Below are positions 51,506-64,000 of a stretch of 64,000 bases of DNA, piece by piece. Source of the stretch: Octopus vulgaris (Eukaryota). Where the stretch lies: NCBI GenBank assembly GCA_951406725.2, contig OX597814.1:14260001-14324000 (forward strand), written 5' to 3'. The notes beneath the pieces were generated by a model. The model was not told where the DNA came from. It saw only the letters and a program-made list of their open reading frames with translations, and did no database searches. The translations under genes were made by a program, and so were the position numbers. The number at the start of each line of letters is the position of its first letter. Position 1 is the first letter of the stretch.

Positions 51506-51978
51506 CTGCAGCCCTGGAAACCAATCTGTATCGTCATGGTTACTCACGGTCACATGGATTTCTCCCTTTAGGCTGAACTAACGAAAACGACAATTGTTTC
51601 GACACATCTAGCATCAATTTCTCTCGGGTGATAAGAAATAAATTCTCGTATATCCCATCTTCTGTCTTTCATTAGCTATATACGTAACGATCACTCTGGT
51701 AGTGACTGTGATTTTCCAGTAAGCCGCTAGGTGTAAACCATTCGATATATTATCCGTGATACATACATACATACATATATATATATATTTAGATATCGTA
51801 ACGGATATTTGCCATTTGAATTTGGCTAACCCCTAAGGGTGGAATGCTACTGTGGTTTGTAGCCCCAGGAGGACACCTTCTCCAGCTGGCTATAGACACA
51901 CTTTCTGTGCCCTATCTGTATTTGCAAAGGGAAGCCATCCTTCCCGTCTTCAACTTATAACTCACTCTGAGATTTATC

Positions 51979-52077
<99 letters not shown>

Positions 52078-52089
52078 ATATGATTTATC

Positions 52090-52146
<57 letters not shown>

Positions 52147-52229
52147 GGAATAAAAAATGGAGTCAACGCAGGTTTAAACAAGTATTTTTTCTTTCTACAT
52201 ATGTTTCAAAGTATTTTTTTTCTTTCTAA

Positions 52230-52272
<43 letters not shown>

Positions 52273-52273
52273 T

Positions 52274-52352
<79 letters not shown>

Positions 52353-52989
52353 TTATATATATATACATAATAGCCCGGCTGGTATGTCTTTAATATTAGA
52401 ACAGCTCTTTAGGGCTGACCTCATGTTAAACGACGTAAAGAGGAAGAACATTGCATTGACGATGCCGGAATGCTACCATCAAAAGTAAAGACTAAACGCG
52501 TTAGATCATAGACCATAGATTATAGTACTTGCAATATGAGAAACACTTGCAATAATATACAGCCACTAACAAGAAAAACAATAGCTTCCAGTGAAGAGGT
52601 TACTATGCAATCATTTGTCATACTAGAAATGACAACTACCTTCAAACCACACTCTAGTAACTTGAAAAGAAAAAAACTATATTTGGTGAGCAACATCAAG
52701 TGATAAAAGCATATCATATCTAAAACTTGATATGTTTAGTAATGCTGTAGAACTGATATCCCATTGTTAAACCGAGAGAATTTAGGCAGAAACTTGGGAT
52801 GAGGATCTTCTGGTGTTCCTTCTGTAAAGTAAACTACTTTCTTTCGACAATTTCGACATTAAAATTAAGCGATCTCTTGTGAGTCTTAAACTGTTGAAAC
52901 TCGTTTGACCATTTCATTCATTCGAAGTCACCGCAATGCCTGAGGCTTACTAAGAACGCCTAACTTTATTGCAAAAGTTTATATATATA

Positions 52990-53499
52990 CTAGCAGTATC
53001 GCCCGGCGTTGCTCGGATTTGTAAGGGAAATAACTATATAAGCATTTTTAGAGAGTTACTTCCCTTATAGATGCCAATTCGGGCTTTCTTAGCCATTTCT
53101 GTTTTGGTGTCTTCAAGCCATGAAGTCGTTGTTCTAAAAGAACGCTGGTCTCCTTGACAACGCTTTACGACGTTGATTTCCTTACACTCCCTTCCCCACA
53201 GCTTCACGAGGGAGGGAAGTAGGGGAGAAGCAAACAGGTGCAGGTGTGACCATGGACGCCAACTCCGCCGCCATCGACACACGAAAAATTATGCATTAAA
53301 ATGGAATAAAAAATGATGTTCAATTATTTTTAAAATCGTAGACTCATCGTAGACGCGCGCTAATACTCAGACGGGCTCGATATGAATTACGACTATAAGA
53401 TACCCGAATTTGGTTAAACTGCACCGCAAAATGTGGGAGTAGTTAGGAATCTAAATCGTAGGACAGACACTCACACAACTACAGTTTTATATATATAGA
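52990..53499 (-). mobile_element. Non-autonomous Helitron (same family as 43129-43663)
   Basis: A|CTAG at 52990, hairpin, GA|T at 53498-99; long shared internal sequence. Confidence 0.8.
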
Positions 53500-54457
53500 T
53501 ATATATATATATGTATTATGTATGTATGTATGTATTTATGTATATTTATCAAGTATGGGCACGGCTGTGTATTACATAATATAATACTCTAGAATTTATT
53601 TTCATGCAAAAGTATGAGATACTCACGTAATATTTGAAACGTCTTCGATCATCGGTCTACTTGAAGAGAAATTACCTGTGGTTGAAAAACAACCAAACTA
53701 GTACATTCCAACACACTTAAACACACTGCCAACTGAATAATTGATATGAGGATTGCAACTCGATGTTCAATTAGCTAGTGGTGTACCAAGTAATTTACGT
53801 GTTAAAATTGGTCATCGACTAAAACACCGGCAGCAATAAAAACAGTATCAATGTATTGTTTATTATCATCACTATAGCAATATAACTCTTAAAATCAATG
53901 TTAATTAATTATCACTTAGGTGAAAGAGAAGCGTAGCATCCATGATACTTTTCAAGATCTTCGATAATTGTGGCATTAAAAAGCAAGGAAAATTAAGGAC
54001 AGTGGTTTGTTTGACTTGAAGTATTTGTTACAGAGCATTCTTCGTTAGAGGTGCGTCAGCGTGAGGAAGAGTAATCTAAACAGGCAGGTGATTCGGTATA
54101 CTACGCATAAAAAATTATCTTTTCTACGAGCTTCGACTGTTCTTACCTATCTAATTTTAATCACAAGGTTTTTGGACCCCAGGAAATAGTAGGAGACAAA
54201 TGCTCAAGGTGTCTCCCACTAAAACTGAATTCTAATCTGCGGGGTTGATAACACTACCATACCTGCATCATTAAAAACTACTTCCTTCGAAACAGAGATC
54301 AGAGTAAACAGGTGAAACCACTTCAGCCTAACGCTAGCAACGAGGGTGTGCAAGCGAAAGTAAGGGTTTCTCCATAAATGATACATATTATCATATTAAT
54401 GGAATGTCAAATTCATTAATATACTCCAAAATATATAATGTCATAGAAAAAATATTA

Positions 54458-55100
54458 CGAGTGGGTATCAAAAGGTTCCCAGACTAGTTATGTTTAATAA
54501 AAGAACAAACTTATTTACCGAAGTATTAACATCGTCTCCTTCGAAATAGTCACCTTGCACAGCAATTCACTGGTCGCAACATTCCTACCACTTTTCAAAT
54601 CAGGCCTGGAAGCGTTTTCCGTGAGTTGAGGACCTTCTGTGATTCGCTCTGGATCTCAACAACGGTGTAAAAACGCAGACATTTGAGCTGACTTTTCATC
54701 TTGGAGAAGACATGGAAGTCCGCAAGTGCTTAATCTGGAGAATAGGGGTGGGGTGAAACGATACCATGCTGTTTCTAACGAGAAACTCACGAGTAAAGAG
54801 AACTCGGTGACAGGGTGCATTGTCATCGTGAAGAATCCTTTATTTCGCGCTCCACAAACATCCTCCCTCAAACACTCCAAAACATCGCAGTTGAACTCTC
54901 TTCTCTATGCACAATACTACATTAACAATGGTAACGCTTGTGGCAGATCTTCAGATCGCTCATCGTCTTCAAGAGGGGTCTTTTTTAGGGTTTTAGCTCG
55001 TCTCCATAAGCTTTCGGAAGCATCCCAAGTTTAATGCAAAATTTCATGTTGGCAATTTGTTCCTGTCCATAACAAATTCGCATACACGAGATGACAAAAA
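54458..55100 (-). mobile_element. Decayed mariner transposon
   Basis: TA-cgagtgggtatcaaaag TIR-like end; HDDNAPCH and PPYSPD*ALADF on minus. Confidence 0.8.
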
Positions 55101-55179
55101 CACAAATTTCACAACCTGCTAAGTAAACACAGCAGTGTTACTCGGCTCACATGGAGATCAGTGCTCACAGCATACGCAA

Positions 55180-55214
<35 letters not shown>

Positions 55215-55231
55215 GGAAATGGAGTTAAATG

Positions 55232-55512
55232 CAGGTGCTATTCAAATCTTTAGACTTCCAACATATGTTTCGAAGAAAACATTGGTATTATTCCTGAGGG
55301 AAAAAAATGATGAAAAACAATGTAATCATCTCAACAAAGAAAAAGAGAAAGAAAACACATTAATAAGCCATTTTGTCTAATTTATGTGTTTTCTTTCTCT
55401 TTTCTCCTTGTTGAGATGATTTCATTGTTCTACATCATTTATTTCCACAGAAATAATACCAATGTTTTCCTCGAAGCATATGTCGGAAGTATAAAGATTT
55501 GAATAACACCTG
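55232..55512. mobile_element. Family B fold-back (inverted pair of decayed hammerhead repeats)
   Basis: ~130-bp arms, ~23-nt spacer; each arm has a TTGTTGA...GAA(A/G)CATATGT(C/T)ggaag relic. Confidence 0.75.
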
Positions 55513-55558
55513 TGTTATTTGTACATATTGAAAGAGTACACATATAATATATATACAC

Positions 55559-55626
<68 letters not shown>

Positions 55627-56923
55627 CAGAATGAAATAACAAAGCCAATTCTGTGAGTTTTCAGGATTTTTATGATGAAATAGTCTTACAGCTATTTCTG
55701 GGAGATTATGGATATCGCTTCATCAGAGACGGTATGAGAGAATATTTTAGTTCAAATTATTATCGAAAGGGAGGAGATATAGGAGGAAATAAGAGACTGA
55801 AAGTAGAAATAAAATATATAAAGATATTGTTGTTGCAGTTCCTTTATTCGCGGAAGATGGTGTATAGAAATTGTAAAATGTTTCCTGTACATGGTATGTA
55901 AGTTCCAATAGCAGTTCACGTTTAGTCATTTCTAAGTGTGGAGCCGTGGATTCAGTGATACTCGTTCGAAAGGGCTATGTGGTGTGGATGAAAATTTGAG
56001 AATGTATCGGTAGCATATGGGGATAGAAAGGGAGGAGAGATATGTATGATTAGAAAGAGGAGATAGGTCAGATTTAAAACAGGAAGAGAAAATGGGTGGA
56101 AGAAAGAGAGAATAAAAAACAAAAGGGAGAGAGGCAAAAGCAAAAAGTGAAAAGAGTGAAAAAATGAAGAAATGGTGAAAGAAATGAGAAAAGGAGTGTT
56201 AGTTGGTGGTCAAGCTAATGTGATAGGACGGTGGGAAAGGTGTGGGAAAGGGACAGGAAGAGATGGGAAGATAAGGAGCAAAATAATATGGGATATATGA
56301 GTAGGGGTGATATGGCTTCATTAAGGGATGTGTAGAGAAAAGGTAGAGAAAAGTTATGGGTGGAGGGATAAGTAGTAGTTTTGGCAGCAAACTTTGAAGT
56401 GGAGGGAAGAATACAAGGATGTCAAATTACTATAAATGGACAAATGTGATAGGTTAGTGATAGGTAGGAATCAGAGAGGTAGAAAAAAGATATAATGACT
56501 TGCGTACGACACACACATACATATATATGTGCGAATATGTATACATACATTAACGGATGCGTGTGAGCATGTATGCGTAGATGTGCAAGTGTACGTCTAG
56601 GCGTATGCATATGTCTGTATATATGTCTCTGTGTATATGTATGTATAAACATTCGCACAGTACTTCTTGCAGTTGTTCTATCGGTGTCTTTAACCGAACC
56701 GCTAGTTTAGGGGTACATATACTTATTAACATCAGCTGACAAGCGCTGGAAGGTGGGGTGTGCAAACATGAACACAAAGGCAGACAAACAGACACACACA
56801 CAGACATACACATATATACGACGAGCTTCTTTCACTCTACCAAATCTAGTCGCACTTGTCCAAACTACAAGGCAATGTGACCTGAACCCGAAACCATGTG
56901 ACTGGGAGCACGCTTCTGATATA

Positions 56924-56977
<54 letters not shown>

Positions 56978-57219
56978 TGATAATGGCTTAGAAAGAAAGT
57001 TTTCTAGCCTATATGCTGAGAAATAGACACTGAATCGTCTCACCACTAAAAAAAGTCACTAATACATGTGCTGTCATTTATTGTGTATGTATATCATATA
57101 TATATATATATATATATGTGTATGTGTGCATCTATGTACACTATGTACGTATGTATGGATGGATGGTTGGATGGATGGATGGGTGGGTGGATGGATGGAG
57201 GGATGGATGCTTGTTTGTG

Positions 57220-57257
<38 letters not shown>

Positions 57258-58360
57258 TATACGTATACAAAACATATACAAAATGTATATATATGTTCGT
57301 GAACGAAGCATGAATATTCGTGCGTTCTCCCGTCTATGTATGTAAATAGGAAATAACGTATTAAGTGCAATGTGAAAAGAGCCGAGCGTTCGTGACATTG
57401 AACATAATCATTTACACACGTTACAATATTTTGTATTTCTTCGTGGCATCGTTTGAAATATACGCCTTAATTTTCAATACTGAAATACTGAATTTTACAT
57501 GCAGTGATGTGATATTATGTAAGACATTTTCAAGGTGCGCATGTCATGTATTGCAACAAATGTTTTATGTAATATATTTTTTCCTCCATTTTTGTTTCAC
57601 TGATTTCTCTTTGAATATTGAATAAACCGTGTTTTTGCTTTTGAGATTCGTGTAATACCGTTATATAAACTATGTTGTCATTGTGTAGAAGTCATGTATT
57701 GTCAGCTAATAAACTACTTAAAATATTATTTGTCTAATTACATTAACTAGTATTCGAGGTATTTTGGGAAAAAGTGACATTTTTACTGATATTTTTTTCC
57801 TGGCATGTTTGTGTTCTTCCCGTGCATTTATTTCCGTTCATGGCTCGAACAGGGATGAAAATAAAAAAGCATTGACAACGACAGCAACAATCGCAACAGT
57901 AACTATAACAACAATGACAACAGTAATATGAAAACAATTGCAACAACAAGATAAATAAGAATTACATCAGTAAAATCAACAAACAGCAACAATGTCAATG
58001 ACATCAGCAACAGCAACTGCAATAACAACAACAGCATAGTAAAATCTACAGCAGCAATAACAACAACATGGGCAGTAAACAACAAGAATCGTAGCAATCG
58101 CAATGACAAAGAATGTAACAACAGCAATAAGAGAAACGTCGATAGCAACAGCAGCAAGAAAAAGCGCAGCACCAACAACACCATCATCATTATGATCATC
58201 AAGAGCAACAGTAGCAGCAACAACAACAGCAATAAGAACCGGCTTAAGCAGTAACAGCAATCACATCCACAACAAATTCAGGATAAACAGTATCAACAAC
58301 CATAACTACACAAGCAACAGCAACTACACTTGTATCAGTTAAGATATGAAGAACATATAG

Positions 58361-58522
58361 TCGCAGGAGTGGCTGTGTGGTAAGTAGCTTGCTTATCAGC
58401 CACATGGTTCCGGGTTCAGTCCCACTGCGTGGCACCTTGGGCAAGTGTCTTCTACTATAGCCTTGGGCCGACCAAAGCCTTGTGAGTGGATTTGGTAGAC
58501 GGAAACTGAAAAAAGCCTGTCG

Positions 58523-58584
<62 letters not shown>

Positions 58585-58815
58585 ATCTGTTTGTTTGTTT
58601 GTCTGCGTCTGTCCTCCCAACATCGCTTGACAACCGATGCTGGTGTGTTTACATCACCGTAACTTAGCGGTTCGCCAAAAGAGACCGATAGAATAAGTAC
58701 TAGGCTTACAAAGAATAAGTCCTGGGGTTGATTTGCTCGACTAAAGGCGGTGCTCCAGCATGGCCACAGTCAAATGACTGAAACAAGTAGAAGAGTAAAG
58801 AGTAAGAGTAAAAGA
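58361..58815 (+). mobile_element. SINE S1, full length
   Basis: A box tggctgtgtgg, B box ggttcagtccc, ccttgggcaagtg domain, internal (TA)n, (aagagta)n tail. Confidence 0.9.
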
Positions 58816-59429
58816 GTAACACACACAAAATGGCGCCTTTCTGACGTTCTCTTTAAGCCAAAGACAATATTTTCAGAATGCAGCATACTATATTTGTCAC
58901 AACTGTATAATTTCAATATTGAATGCAATTATAGATTTGAGGGGTAAATGAACAATTATTTAAATCAGTTAGAAATCGTTGCGATAATTAATTGATTTGC
59001 CCATAGCATATTATTGCTAATTGTTATTACGAGTCAATCAGTGAATCTCTGCTTTGTCGCTCGACCTGTTAGCTACAGCAGTCAACTATCCCTCCAATCA
59101 TAACTTCCCGTCTAATGAACGGATAGATAGGAGAATGTTATCCATGGTCGTGTCTAGAACATATTTGATCATGATTCTCGATAATAACCCACAGGGGGCG
59201 AATCTATCTGCCGCCTACGAGACATTAGTCGGTATGAGCCTATACTAAAAGACGCTTGCCCAATATTTCGTTCAGTGGGACTGAATACAGAATCATTTGA
59301 TATGAGGCGAGATTCCTAACCACAAATGCATATCTAGTTTTTAGAAAAAAATCTTTGATACCAACACAGTGTTTTAAGAAGCATTTTTCTTCTATTAAAA
59401 ATCATTAAGTGTTTCAATGACTTAGAAAA

Positions 59430-59635
59430 ACTTTTGCCGAACCGCTACGTTACGGGAAGTAAACACACCAGCATCGGCTGTCAAGCGATGTTGTGGGGAT
59501 AAACGCAGTACAGACACACACATATATATACATATACATATATATATATACGACGGGCTTCTTTCAGTTTCCGTCTACCAAATCCACTCTCAAGGCTTTG
59601 GTCGGTTCGAGGCTCTAGTAGAAGACACTTGCCCC
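59430..59635 (-). mobile_element. SINE S1 internal fragment
   Basis: ttttgccgaaccgcta...gaagacacttgccc. Confidence 0.8.
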
Positions 59636-59699
59636 ATAAGGTATCGAGGTAGTTGTTTTTAGTTATGGTGTCAACTATTTCCTGTTAGTTTCTGATATA

Positions 59700-61700
59700 G
59701 TATTTTTATAAAATATTCTGCTTTTGCCTTTCAAAGCTGATCATCCTTTCCCCTATTCTGAAGAAAATTGACTATAAGGAATTTTCCATTCCCACAATGT
59801 CGAGATGTTTAGTATATGGAACATTTCTAAGAGATAGATCTTTGATTTGTTTCTTATGGACCCTAACCATATGTATTAATTTGGATCATGTTTAGCTGGC
59901 AGCATTATGGGTATGTAATGCAATAAAGCAGGATTTTCTTTTGTATTTCAGATTTGCATCAACATTTTCTTAATCTCTTTCTTGAATTTTCGATTTTACC
60001 CTGTTGTATTCATATATATGTGTCACAATGAAACTCTACATTTTGTTATGTGCATTATTTCTTGTGATAAGAGTTTTCGTCTGTTAAGATTCGCAGGTTG
60101 TCTTTGACTATAAATAATTTATAATTTTTTATTCATTTTTCTGAAGTTTGTAAATTGGTGCAGAATCCTGTGTCACGGTTTGACTTGTATTTGTTCATTT
60201 ATTTTGAGGATTTAAAGTGATCCTACTCTCTGTCTTAAAGAGGTTAGTATCACTTTTGCCATAAGCTATGGCATAATTTGCTAAGTTTTCCAGGTATCTT
60301 TCCGGAAGAGTATTTTTAGATTCATCAGTTTTCTCTTTCACCTGTTTTTGTCACGTTAAATGGAATGCTTATTTTGATATATGTTATTTGACAAAATCTA
60401 AAATCTAACTGTTGGTGAATTTTCATATATTCTTGCATTAGAGGTCTGTTGTGACAGTTTCTTCTGTCTGAATTACCAAAATATTCAAGGAAGATAGTTA
60501 CTTTAAATTCATTTTCATATTGATTTGGAAGTTTCGAGAATGCTACTTATTAATCTCATTCATGTAATGACTGTTCTACTTCTCTAAAATATGAAGCAAT
60601 CATATATGAAGCTTTTTCACTTTAAAAAAATAACATGTTGCTTTATAAGATTGGAAATATTGATCAAAAGCAAACTTAGTTTGGATATAGATATTTTAGT
60701 TTAAGAAATCTGTCATAGATGTTGCAAATATGAGCACAACTATCGTACCCATTAGCCACCCTCTTACTTGTAGGCAACATTCGTAATCAAAGACGCAGTT
60801 TTTTGGCAACAATCATAATCCTTCTAATATACTTTGTGGTGAGTCACTCCTGAATCTTGTGTCAGTATTTGTCGGTCCAGTATTCGATTGCTTATAGCCC
60901 TAATCCAAGGAAGATAGTTATTTAGATAGTGGTCAAGTCATAATTTTCTCTTTCTCTAATGTGGCTCGTGAAGTCCATGTCATTTTGACGAAACTGCGAA
61001 CCAATTTGCATAAAAGTCTCAAAATTATGTCCAGTAAATTGCTTATATCTGGCAGTTAAGAAGTTTTACATATGATGATAGAGTTACCTGAAGCTCTTAT
61101 GGATCTTGCTTTATACTTACGAATTTCTGCTAGTCAATAAATGTTACCCATTTTTATATCAAAATTTCTTATGTCATCCAACCCATTTTCCATAAAGTTG
61201 TTTTTGAATTTGTCCATGATTTCACCAGTTTCTCTCAATATTTGCTTATCTGCATTAGTTTCTAATCATTTGCAGAAATGTTGGTATTTACGTTGCTCTA
61301 AGACCATTTCCCTGTATGCGTCTGGCCCATTCTTACATAGACTACAGTAGAAGTTTTCCATAGACATTCCAACTCATTCACACCTTCATTTGCTGAATTG
61401 TTTGAGTTTGCTGATCCTTTCAGGCACATTATGTATGCCTTGGTGGTTCCAATCTCGTCTTGTTTATTACAAGTAATGAATTTTTATCATCATTGTTCTG
61501 AAAGAATTACCTTAGATGAAGTTTTCTATAAAATCCCTCGGTATCACATATAAAATCATTTGTGTCATGTTTTGGAATAAGTGAGAATTTAAATGCAAAC
61601 TCCCCAAATTTCATTTCATTGTTGATGAAGTTTCGTTGTGACAAATTTATTAATTTTGGATCATTTGATTCAGTAATTCCTCGATTCTTTGCATGAAACT
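59700..61700 (-). mobile_element. Highly decayed Penelope-like RT region
   Basis: Minus-strand remnants of the G.AMG motif (gggtggctaatgggtacgata), AIEYW and DIILRLLCKLVRSFVK; many stops. Confidence 0.55.
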
Positions 61701-62646
61701 CGTTTCTTTGTTTGGAACTCCTCCTTCCTAAAATAGTTCTTTTATTTTGTTCAGTGAGTCATTTCTAACCTTGCTTTCCACATATATTTTTTTTTATTTC
61801 AGGACAATTTTCAGTTGATATGTTTAGTATTATTGTTCTACCATCTTCCCTGCTATGCTGTCTTGTTTTTGGTAGATTTATACGTTTTCTTTTGTTGACG
61901 GTTTCTTTTCGCCTGTTCTGTTCTAATCATGGCACATGAGTTGGCTTGGGTATCAATTACTGAATTTCTTTTTTTGTTACATTTGCATATGAGAATTTAT
62001 GGGTTGTCACTCTTTCATTATTTCTTGATTAAGCTTGTAAATTATTAGAGTAGGAATAATATTTTTTCTTTTCTTTTTTTTTTTTTTTGCAAAATTCTGT
62101 ATTTTTAAGATTTTCATATTTCATTTTTAGTTTTCACAAATTATGCTCCATAATTGATTTAATATTCCCGTAACCACAGATTTTTCAGTTCTACTCTTTT
62201 ATTTCATTTTGCTTCTTCTCTTCTTTTCACAAATCTAATAATTTTTCTAGTGTATTTTCATTCCATTTGTTCGTTCGGTGATTTCTGTCTGCGATATGGC
62301 GTCATATATTTCGATTTTGTTATTGAATTTAGATACTTGAAGTCAGTGGGTGATTTTTGCTTCCACTTTTGAAGTGAAAGGTTTATTCTGACTTTAGTTT
62401 CCTCTTTTTCTTCTGTTCTTATATCCTAAATGTCGGATCAGAGCCTAATTTACTGCATCACAATCACAAAATGCATGCGACTTATATCGGCTAAACAGGA
62501 TTAAGTTTGGGTGTATCAGCAACAAATCAAAAATTCTAGCCTTCCAAAAGATTCCTTTAGTGAACATCTTCACATTTGTGCAAATGGAATAACAGACATG
62601 AGGAACCATATAATATATTGGGTTATCCTGTTAACCATATAATATA

Positions 62647-63590
62647 TTGGGTTATCCCGTATATAATGCGGTTTCTTTTTCTACTTCTTTTATTTTTCAA
62701 AATTAAGATAAAGTCCTTGTTTAATCTAAAATATACTCTCCTTCATTTTCTACAATGCTTTTCCATCTACTTAGTAGACTTGCAAGGCCCTTCTTCCAAA
62801 ATTTACTTGTCCGTGACGAAAAATAATCTTTCAGTACTGCTCTGACCTCGTCTAAAGAGTTCATATTTTTTCTGTCCAAATTATTTTGATACTGCGGAAT
62901 AAATGGTTATCAGATGGGACAATGTCCGGCGAATATTGTGGGTGAGGCTTCGTTTCCCATTCAAACGGCTCCAGCCTTTCGAATGTTATCATCCCTGTAT
63001 GTGGTCGAGCATTATCCTGATGGAAGAAAACCTGTCGTCCTGAAACTAAAGACGATCGTTTTTATTCTAGCGCTGACTTAAACCACTCAAGCTGCTCGCA
63101 GTAGATCTCTTTTGTTAACGTTTGGTTTGGGTTTAAAAGATCAAAGTGGACTAAACATTTCATATCCCACCAAACAGATAACAACACCTTACGTGACAGT
63201 AGACTTCTTTAGCGTGGGTTGCTAGTGTTTCTCCTTTCCCTACCCACTGTCTTCAGCGCTTGAGACTTTTATTGGGAACCCATTTCTCGTCACCAGTCAT
63301 TATTTTGTCCAAAAACGTTTCATTCGTGAGACGTGACAGTAAAGAAGAGCACACATTCACTCTATGCGTGCAATTACACACGAAAAGTTTGTGAGGAACC
63401 CATTGACCTAATTTGCTGACTTTCTCAATGGCCCGCAGGTATTGATGAATGGTTGAATGACCAAATCCAAGCTTCTCCGCTAGTTTTTCAAAAGTTACGA
63501 TGAGATTTTGTTCCACCAGGTTTTGCAGGACGTCCTCATCGAGCTCTACAGATCTTCAAGGACAAGGCTCGTCTTCAAGGCTGGAACCCC
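62647..63590 (-). mobile_element. Decayed mariner transposon
   Basis: KLGQWVPHKL, IMTGDEKWV, FFHQDNARPH, SPDIVPSDNHLF; TA-ttgggttatccc end. Confidence 0.9.
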
Positions 63591-63623
63591 CGTTGACAAT
63601 GGCTTACGCTTACTGAATATATA

Positions 63624-63693
<70 letters not shown>

Positions 63694-64000
63694 TATATGT
63701 ATGAATATATGTATATAGTGTACATATATATATACATATCTCTACATCTATGTATGTATCCATCTATCTGTCCACCTGTCTATCTATGTGTACACACACA
63801 CACACACACAGAGAGAGACATTCTGCGCAAGTTTGACGGGGCACTACATTTCCTTTGGTTCCTCATGTCTGTTATTCAGATAGCAGCACCGAAAATGTCT
63901 TCGTCCCCTAGTCCTAAATTCCTGTGAAACTAGTCAAAGTACTACTCTCTCCTTCCTTATTGATGACTGTCAAACATAAACATCATTTCACATAGTGTTG

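Noticed and set aside
54049-54087. ag|...|gt bounded 39-nt + segment (RCVSVRKSNLNRQ)
   Set aside because: Weak donor (gtgatt) and no independent support
57540-57660. 3' UTR-like stretch with AATAAA at ~57621
   Set aside because: AATAAA is frequent in this AT-rich DNA and no linked terminal exon was found

Overview
AT-rich, microsatellite-dense eukaryotic non-coding or intronic DNA. The SINE, microsatellite and mariner landscape suggests an animal genome, probably a coleoid cephalopod such as Octopus; this is an inference, not a database result. No intact multi-exon or single-ORF gene is visible. Nearly all ORF-track entries are translations of (TA)n, (CA)n, (AAT)n or (GGT)n repeats or of decayed transposons. 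The transposon content includes RTE and R4/Dong-type LINEs, a Ty3/gypsy relic, several Tc1/mariner relics, non-autonomous Helitrons, at least four SINE families and many Penelope-like element (PLE) pieces. The most notable signal is at 1531-3416. It is a near-identical ~546-bp tandem unit folded back into an ~800-bp inverted repeat, and it carries four type I hammerhead ribozyme motifs with complete cores (two per strand), a retrozyme/PLE pseudo-LTR-like array. Decayed hammerheads of other families and further fold-back palindromes recur through the window. A few short exon-like islands (26268-26284 +, 30933-31012 +, 49277-49298 -) hint at a host gene with long introns. Boundaries of decayed elements are approximate.
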